Part shown: in pieces, positions 42,340 through 49,017 of the stretch
How the letters are laid out: each line of letters begins with the position of its first letter
Numbering within the stretch: position 1 is the first letter of the stretch
Assembly: GCA_040182905.1 (NCBI GenBank)
Contig: JARQWU010000046.1
Coordinates: forward strand, 1 to 49,017
Length of the DNA: 49,017 bases
Origin: Barthelona sp. PAP020
Taxonomy: Eukaryota
Reading direction: 5' to 3'
Notes under the pieces: generated by a model
The model's database searches: none
Told to the model about the DNA's origin: nothing
Seen by the model: the letters and a program-made list of their open reading frames with translations, nothing else
Made by a program: the position numbers and the translations under genes

Positions 42340-42918
42340 ATGACACAATCTGATGAAGTTCGTCCACCAAAAGGACAACCTTTTGATAATACAATTCCAC
42401 AATTAAATAGTCATATTGCATCAAAATTACCCATAGTACCTTCGAATTCAAAAATCGTGGCTAAAACGCCAACACACACACAAATAGAACATGAAAATGG
42501 TAAGAATAATAATCATTTTCGATGGAAACGTAATTCGATGCAAAATGTTCCTTCCAAACATATGAGAAGATCAAATTCCAGTTCTTCAGTATCTGATCAC
42601 AACAAAAGCATTCCTTTAATCTCGGATAATTCACGTCTGTTACGCAGAACTAAATCTTTTGATCAAAAAACCAGACCTATACATTTCAATTGTGAACTAA
42701 AGAAAACTCCATCAAGAAAAGAATACAAAAATGATTCAATCATTGTAGAATCAGAAAGAATCAAATTAGCAGTTACTTCACCAAATAAAGAAAAAATGTC
42801 GACAGCATTTCCAATAGTATCTGGAAATACACCTGCATCAGTTGATTGGACCACAACTTTACGAACTGTTTCTTCACAACATGAATTATTTTCTCCTTGC
42901 AGTAAAACCAAATTGTAA
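42340..42918 (+). CDS. Hypothetical Ser-rich disordered protein
   Basis: 192-aa ATG ORF between AT-rich spacers, upstream T tract; no family recognised. Confidence 0.65.
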   Translation: MTQSDEVRPPKGQPFDNTIPQLNSHIASKLPIVPSNSKIVAKTPTHTQIEHENGKNNNHFRWKRNSMQNVPSKHMRRSNSSSSVSDHNKSIPLISDNSRLLRRTKSFDQKTRPIHFNCELKKTPSRKEYKNDSIIVESERIKLAVTSPNKEKMSTAFPIVSGNTPASVDWTTTLRTVSSQHELFSPCSKTKL

Positions 42919-43083
42919 ATCTCAAATGTTATTTTTTTTTAGTTTCAGAAGTTACTCATAATTTTCTAAATTTCTTGAAAATGCAATCAATTTTTGATAA
43001 TATATTGAGAAAAAATTAACAAAAATATTGAGGTTCTTTTAACAACCATCATTTTGATTGAATTTTTTTTACAATTTTGTGCA

Positions 43084-44652
43084 ATGAAGACATTGTTTAT
43101 CATCTTTTGTATTTTCATTGTTGGTCAATTGAAAGAAGATGTATATTTTTTAACAAAATCAAAAAATGATAATTTTGTTATTGTCAATATGGAGCCAAAT
43201 GAGCCTTTAGCCAAACTTATCTTTTACAATGGTACGTATGAAATTGGTGCACAAACTTTCACTCTCATTGGTTATGAAACTGACAACATTGAGGATATGT
43301 TTTATAACATGGGTTTTTTGGAAGGTTATGTTAATTCTTACAAAATATTTTTAGCTGTAGAAGCTTTTACTACAGGAAATGTCAAAAATTATCCAGGTCA
43401 AACTTATCCTTCTTTTTTTGTTGACTTTCTAACTCAAAATAAAAGATATATGGATACAAATTGTAAAAGTCCAAAAAATGAGGAATGGAAAGAAATTTGC
43501 CTCACTTATAAACAACAGATGGGTGTTTACGATGGATTTTTAAAGAGTGGTTATTATGTCACTTTGATTGACTTTTTAATGTATGTTTCTAACGGTGATT
43601 GGGATGATTTATCCACTATGTATGACAATAAAATGAACAAAGAGATTACCATTGAGGGTCAAATGTTTAGAACCCATTGTACCGGTGCTCTTCGTAAAAA
43701 TAGTAAAGGTGATGTGTTTGTAGGACATGTGACATGGGATAGTTATGTTAATTTACATATGGTCAGTAAAACATATGTTTACAAAGGATTTAACGGAATT
43801 AAGTCAAAAAGGAAAGAAGTTAATGAAAAAGTTGGAGAAAGTTGGGTATCTATGCATTCTCAACCTGGACTTGTTGGTTCTAACGATGATTTCTACACTA
43901 ATTCTCATAAGTTAGCAATCTTTGAAACAAGTTATTCTATCTATAACATGAGTTTGTATGATTTGGTGACACCTGATAGTGTTTTGTGTAATTATCGCTC
44001 CCTTACAGCTAGCAGAGTTGCGAAAAGTGCTAAAGAATGGGCTAGATTGTTTTTGTTCGAAAATTCTGGAACTTATAATAATCAATACAATGTGTTTGAT
44101 TATAAATCAAATGAAGTCTTGGGAATCGAACAATTACCGGGTGAATATTCAGAAGTTTGGGATAGAACAAAAGAATTGAACGATTTTGGATTCATTCCTT
44201 CATTTAATGTTCCTTATACAAAAAATGTTTATGAAATTAGTGGTACCAAAGGAAAATTAATTGAACATCCCGATAAAGCCATTTGGTTAAGTTACTATAA
44301 GTCCAGTAGATACCAAATTAGTGCTGAACTTCTCCCAAAAGTCGAAACCATTTATGAATTTCAAGACTTCTTGAGACATAACTCATACAAGACCGAAAAA
44401 TTCACAGAAGGAGATCCAGGTGCCGATATTTCATCTCGCTATGACCTTCGTTCAACGAATGCAGTTGCTTTTGGTTCACATGATGCAAAATGTGTTGACA
44501 ATTCTCTCATTCAAGCTGCATCTTTCCTTTCTTGGGAAGGACCTGCTTATACTGAGCAATGCCCTCCTTATGAATATGATGTTCCTTGCAATAACAAAGG
44601 TTTACCCAAAAAATGGAATTTCCAGAGAAATTTCTATTCGGCCAGATTTTAG
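43084..44652 (+). CDS. Phospholipase B-like Ntn-hydrolase (PLBD1/2 family)
   Basis: Signal peptide from ATG 43084; GFLEG, HCTG (nucleophile Cys), GHVTW, SQPG..SNDDFY, ENSGTYNNQ, ISSRYDL, FGSHDAK. Confidence 0.92.
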   Translation: MKTLFIIFCIFIVGQLKEDVYFLTKSKNDNFVIVNMEPNEPLAKLIFYNGTYEIGAQTFTLIGYETDNIEDMFYNMGFLEGYVNSYKIFLAVEAFTTGNVKNYPGQTYPSFFVDFLTQNKRYMDTNCKSPKNEEWKEICLTYKQQMGVYDGFLKSGYYVTLIDFLMYVSNGDWDDLSTMYDNKMNKEITIEGQMFRTHCTGALRKNSKGDVFVGHVTWDSYVNLHMVSKTYVYKGFNGIKSKRKEVNEKVGESWVSMHSQPGLVGSNDDFYTNSHKLAIFETSYSIYNMSLYDLVTPDSVLCNYRSLTASRVAKSAKEWARLFLFENSGTYNNQYNVFDYKSNEVLGIEQLPGEYSEVWDRTKELNDFGFIPSFNVPYTKNVYEISGTKGKLIEHPDKAIWLSYYKSSRYQISAELLPKVETIYEFQDFLRHNSYKTEKFTEGDPGADISSRYDLRSTNAVAFGSHDAKCVDNSLIQAASFLSWEGPAYTEQCPPYEYDVPCNNKGLPKKWNFQRNFYSARF

Positions 44653-44863
44653 CTTTTCAATACCAATACTATGTTGTAATTTAATAAAAAAAGAAAAAAA
44701 TTTTTTTTATCAATATTTACATGCTTGACAGAACAATATTGCATGTGATGTGACAATTAAAACTTTTTGAAGCTTTCCGATTAAATAAAAATAAGTTTTG
44801 GAACCATTTTCAAAACTAAACAAAACAAAAAAATTCCAAAATTTCCAAAATAATATAAATCAG

Positions 44864-45061
44864 TTAATCAAACCACAAATCAAAATCTCGATAAAATTTT
44901 GCATACAAATCCATGTCAATTCTGTTGAAATTCAATTTTCGAATTTCATAAAGTGCTTTCACACTAATGGATGCAGAATCAGGTGGTTTAATTGGTTTTT
45001 GAGGTCGAATAACTAATTGGTATTCAGGTACAACAGTTGATTTGCTTGAAAAACATCCCAT
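44864..45061 (-). CDS. Small (65 aa) predicted myristoylated/palmitoylated protein
   Basis: MGCFSSK start matches the MGxxxS myristoylation consensus with Cys3; T7 tract just upstream as in other genes. Confidence 0.65.
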   Translation of the reverse strand: MGCFSSKSTVVPEYQLVIRPQKPIKPPDSASISVKALYEIRKLNFNRIDMDLYAKFYRDFDLWFD

Positions 45062-45266
45062 CAATTTCAAAAAAAGAAATTGAAATTTAACATCCTTTCA
45101 AAAAACAAAGAAATAAATCATCATTAAAATTTATAAATTGACAAATATCATTTGAAAATGAAGTAATAAAACAAAAGAGAAGTGGTTTTCACTTGCTGTT
45201 TTTTTAATTGCAAAAATCTAACACCAGGTCATTTTCCAAAATAAAAATAACTTATTTACAATTAAT

Positions 45267-46406
45267 TTAACAGCAACAACAGTTACAACAACATTCAAAA
45301 CAGGAAAATTCAACATTTAATTCATGTTGTCTACATAATAATTTGAAAACAAAATAATCCGTTCTATCCCAATTAAATCTGTCTCTAACCAAACGATAAT
45401 TTATCTTGAAATCACTATTCGATAAAAATAAAATCTGTTTGAGATAAGCTTGAGTCAAGGTAAAAGGAGAATGCAATAGAAAATTCAAATCCTTTTGATC
45501 ATCAATAAATTGAACTTTTTCCAAAAAAAATTCATTAACATCTTCAGTCAACTCAGGTATCAATCCCTGCCTCAAAGTAATTGTTGGCTGATAGCTCTCA
45601 GAAGAAACATAAACAGCACCAGAACATGCGTTTGATATTTCCATTGCAAGTGTTCGATCATTAGTAAATGCAATAAAAGGCTCTTTTATGGTGGAAATGA
45701 TAGGGACATCGAAATGGGACAACATAAACAAAGGTTTAGTGTTCGTGACCACAGCCAATTGATAAATTAAGCCACTCAAGACAAAAGGATCTCTTGAGGA
45801 ACAGATGACCACACTTTGAGACAATAACAATGATTGAGTAATTCTTCTGATGATTCCAGGTGTAAAAAATACAATTTCATCCATCAAAGGATTAGCAAAA
45901 GAAATATCAAGTTCATCATTCAATGAAAGACTAAAACAATCCAAAAGAGAAGAGTCCAGACCCAATTTTTCCGGTTGATCCTTGAGCAGGTAATATATAG
46001 TTGCTAAAGGAGGTATAAATGATGAAATAATCCCAACAGATGTGATTGAAAAATTCCTTTCATTTTCAGCATCTGGCCAAGAGTTATATCGAATTAAAAT
46101 AAAAAGTCGACCTTGTGAGATAGTATCAAATGTAGCTAGAGTGAACCATTCATCTACATTTTGAAATGCAGATGGAATTAACACACTTTCAATTCCATCC
46201 AAATCACCAAATTCATCACAATTGTTTTTATAATATATAACAGGCCCTTTTTGATTGTCAAATATAACAGAAATAATTCCAATGGAAAACTTATTTGGTT
46301 GAATCAATTTTCCTTCTTGAACCGAAATTAAACTATTTAAAAATGCGTCATCTTTGAGTAATGGAATTCGTGCATGTAATTCTTCCTCAGTTATATCATC
46401 TAACAT
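45267..46406 (-). CDS. Longin/DENN-like protein with poly-Cys C-terminus
   Basis: IISVIFDNQKGPVIYY (uDENN/longin-type FD..GP), SLLLSQSVVICS (cDENN-like), PFIAFTND; ends CFECCCNCCCC. Confidence 0.6.
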   Translation of the reverse strand: MLDDITEEELHARIPLLKDDAFLNSLISVQEGKLIQPNKFSIGIISVIFDNQKGPVIYYKNNCDEFGDLDGIESVLIPSAFQNVDEWFTLATFDTISQGRLFILIRYNSWPDAENERNFSITSVGIISSFIPPLATIYYLLKDQPEKLGLDSSLLDCFSLSLNDELDISFANPLMDEIVFFTPGIIRRITQSLLLSQSVVICSSRDPFVLSGLIYQLAVVTNTKPLFMLSHFDVPIISTIKEPFIAFTNDRTLAMEISNACSGAVYVSSESYQPTITLRQGLIPELTEDVNEFFLEKVQFIDDQKDLNFLLHSPFTLTQAYLKQILFLSNSDFKINYRLVRDRFNWDRTDYFVFKLLCRQHELNVEFSCFECCCNCCCC

Positions 46407-47988
46407 TGACAAAAAACCAGATTGAGAACATTCTTTTTCTTTGTTGTAATTTGCCTTACCATCTCAAAAAATAATTCCCTTTGATTCCAAATAAAATTTT
46501 ACAATGGAATTATATAAGCATTTATTATTAAGATTAAAATGAAGGTCAATTTGACAAATATTATATTTTTAACCCAATAGAAACCTGTTAATTCATCTTA
46601 GTTCGATATTATAATAAGAACATGGGTTTTCAATAAAATCCTTCAATTCTCTTTGATTGTGAGAACTGTAATTGTTTCCTTTCCATTCACAGTCTTTTAT
46701 CATAATTGTTTGATTGAATAAATTAAACAGCAATTGTTATTTACTTTATCTGTAAATAGAATAGTGAACCAATTTTTGCAGAGTTATTTGGTTGGAAATA
46801 AATCAAAACAAAACAAAACAAATCATTAAGAATAAAGTAAAATATATTTGGTACAGTTGAGAAACAACTATATTCATTTACAAAGAAAATAAACTCAAAA
46901 AATTCATTCTAACAAATTTCAATTGAAAGTCCAAGGGGAAATTGAGGGATTGAAATACTTTGAACAATCAAATATGAAAATTTCGAAAAATTTTTCATTT
47001 TTACTCTTTTCTATTCAGTGAAAGTAAAATTTCCAATATGTCAATAGATTAATTAGACTAAGAAAAGTTTTAATCAATTATTTCCAAGCCAAGAAGCACT
47101 GTGCGTATGAGTGAATAAGAAAGAATAGTGTTCACTTGGTTAAAGGCTTTCGAGGCCCGATTGATCTGTTGAAAAACTTTAGATTTTCTGAGGTAAAGTT
47201 TAAATTTTAAAATTTTGCTTTTGCAAAAATTCAAAAAGGAAACAAGGACAAGAAGTTCTTTCCCAAAGATGCAACCTAGACCATACAACAGCATTTCAGT
47301 TTGGATCTCACACCGTGAGTTTTGAGGGGAATTCACAGAAATGACTGTTTGGTTTGCTTTCTTTGCATTGGTTTGTATCACCCCCACACCAAAGTGTCAT
47401 GCCACTTTTATCTTTTCTTTTTGTTACGATACCGATTGTTGGAGTCCAACCCAACAAGAACAAAAAACAATTACAAATGATGTTGTCTTTATTTAATAAA
47501 ATTGAAGGTTATCACACTAACAACAAGGTAGGCTCATTGAAGAAGTGAAAAATGTTTCTTCAATGGAAGACAAAGAGAAAATTTGGTGAATACATATCGC
47601 ACTTTTGCAAGTTCAATTTGTGAATATCGTGATTAAAAATATGTCAACACCATCATTACATCAACAAATCTGTAAAAATGAATGGGAAGAATGTCTGTTG
47701 TAAAAATTATTCGAACAAACATAATTATGAACAGCTTTCACAATTGTGGGACATTTTCACGAAGTTTAAATCAATATCAAAAGCTTAATTCGCTGCATCA
47801 ATTCGAAAAAGGAAATCTCAAGAAAGAATTAACAAATATTGTGAAGAGTTCTCTGCAAACCAGTCAATCAATCATCAAATTTCATTTTGCCAACAACTAA
47901 ATTAAAATAATGCTTGATTTGAGGAATAAATATTGAATATTCAAAGAGGAATGACAAATTTGAACCTTCTTATTTTTTTTTGCGGACA

Positions 47989-49017
47989 ATGGTTGTAAAG
48001 ACTGCTATTGAGGAAACTGACCCTTATGTTAAACATAATATGGATCGAGTTGTTGTTCCAGATGGGTTCGATGTGGATGGATTTGAAAAAGATCAACCAA
48101 AGAAGATCTATTTTGCAGCGCTTGAAGGTAATCTTGAGGTTGTCAAGCAATGTATTAAAGCTGGCGTTGATGTGAACAAACAAGGCAAGCAAGGAAGGAC
48201 ATCGCTTTGCGGTGCCGCTTTTTATGGGCAAATTGAAGTTGTTGAGTTTTTGTTGGATTTTGGCGCTGATGTTGATTTGTGTATGAATGATGGATTTTCT
48301 CCTTTATATGTTTGTTGTCAAAATGGTCATCTTGATATTTCTAAAATTCTCTTAGATCATGGGGCTGATATTAATTTGTATCCTTATGATAGTGGTTCTC
48401 CATTATACATCAGTTGTCAAAATGATCATCTTGATGTTGCCAAAATGCTCTTGGATCATGGAGCTGATGTTAATTTGAGTATGAATGATGATAGTTCTCC
48501 ATTGTTCATCAGTTGTCAACAAGGTCATCTTGATGTCGCCAAAATGCTCTTGGATCATGGAGCAGATGTTGATTTGTGTGATAATGATGGTTTTTCTCCA
48601 TTGTACATCAGTTGTCAAAATAATCATCTTAATGTCGCCAAAATACTCTTGGATAATAGAGCTGATATTAATTTGTGCAAGAATGATGGTAGTTCTCCAT
48701 TGTACATCAGTTGTCAACAAGGTCATCTTGATGTCGCCAAAATGCTCTTGGATCATGGAGCTGATGTTAATTTGTGTGATAATAATGGTATTTCTCCATT
48801 GTACATCAGTTGTCAACAAGGTCATCTTGATGTTGCCAAAATACTCTTGAATTATGGTGCTGATGTTAATTTGTGTAGGGACGGTGGATATTCTCCATTG
48901 CATACCAGTTGTTGGATAGGTCATCTTGATGTTGCCAAGATGCTTCTAGATTGTCCCGAAATAAACCTATATCGTAAAGATATGCTGTTATTTTTCAATA
49001 GATTGTATACAAGTGAT
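47989..49017 (+). CDS. Ankyrin-repeat protein, variable-module family (copy C; 7 modules; 3'-truncated by window)
   Basis: Open from ATG 47989 to the window end: MVVKTAIEETDPYVKHNMDRVVVPDGFDVDGFE...DCPEINLYRKDMLLFFNRLYTSD. Missing from the ORF track because there is no stop in the window. Confidence 0.93.
   Translation, partial: MVVKTAIEETDPYVKHNMDRVVVPDGFDVDGFEKDQPKKIYFAALEGNLEVVKQCIKAGVDVNKQGKQGRTSLCGAAFYGQIEVVEFLLDFGADVDLCMNDGFSPLYVCCQNGHLDISKILLDHGADINLYPYDSGSPLYISCQNDHLDVAKMLLDHGADVNLSMNDDSSPLFISCQQGHLDVAKMLLDHGADVDLCDNDGFSPLYISCQNNHLNVAKILLDNRADINLCKNDGSSPLYISCQQGHLDVAKMLLDHGADVNLCDNNGISPLYISCQQGHLDVAKILLNYGADVNLCRDGGYSPLHTSCWIGHLDVAKMLLDCPEINLYRKDMLLFFNRLYTSD
48265..48954 (+). repeat. 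Seven tandem 99-bp ankyrin modules
   Basis: TCT-CCN (Ser-Pro) starts at 48298, 48397, 48496, 48595, 48694, 48793 and 48892: an exact 99-nt period. Confidence 0.95.

Larger units (their letters stand above)
47076..49017 (+). repeat. Ankyrin-unit copy C (inverted relative to A and B), truncated by the window end
   Basis: Reverse complement aligns with copy B from 2904 through the CDS. Confidence 0.9.

Noticed and set aside
2905..47075. Whole block as a composite transposon or viral insertion
   Set aside because: Contents are ordinary eukaryotic housekeeping genes; no transposase, integrase, polymerase or capsid gene is recognisable.
48403..48924. Antisense and alternate-frame ORFs over the ankyrin genes (also 48485-48850, 47941-48231, 1634-1966)
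   Set aside because: Shadows of the repetitive ankyrin CDS; their periodicity just mirrors the 99-bp unit.
48265..48954. Diversity-generating retroelement or CRISPR-like array explanation for the 99-bp repeats
   Set aside because: The repeats are in-frame ankyrin codons with no unique spacers; changes are not restricted to adenines, and no reverse transcriptase or template repeat is in the window.
1..49017. Alternative genetic code (TAA/TAG read as Gln, as in hexamitid diplomonads)
   Set aside because: Conserved genes end at their expected C-termini with TAA (RPL6, ALDH4A1, ITPA), TAG (PLBD-like) or TGA, and long CDSs contain no in-frame TAR.

Overview
AT-rich, gene-dense eukaryotic (protist) genomic DNA. 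It uses the standard genetic code and holds about 28 protein-coding genes, nearly all intronless, with mostly 150-600 bp spacers. I found only two spliceosomal introns (RPL6, 62 nt; M6PR/ATG27-like, 37 nt). Both have the branch point at a fixed distance from the 3' splice site (CTAA-N5-AG), the spacing known from metamonads such as Giardia and Trichomonas; the taxonomic hint is inference. The central ~44 kb is mostly single-copy housekeeping genes: NAA20, DCP2, Nup54-like, TBC RabGAP, RPL6, P5C dehydrogenase, ITPase, Sfi1-like, eIF2B-delta, copine, a DYRK-like kinase, PLAC8, phospholipase B-like and others. This block is bracketed by inverted copies of a ~2-kb unit made of an ankyrin gene plus a conserved ~0.9-kb upstream region. 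The left end has two tandem copies (one partial), the right end has one, and all point outward. The ankyrin genes share N- and C-terminal caps but differ in the number of 99-bp modules (2 vs 7). Module variation is concentrated at binding-surface positions, making this a candidate natural DARPin-like variable receptor family. Other oddities are a DEK1-like multi-TM pseudo-calpain, a disulfide reductase lacking both redox cysteines, a WW domain inside a kinase domain, and two LPG1-like glycosyltransferases. All product calls come from motif recognition by eye; no database searches were run.
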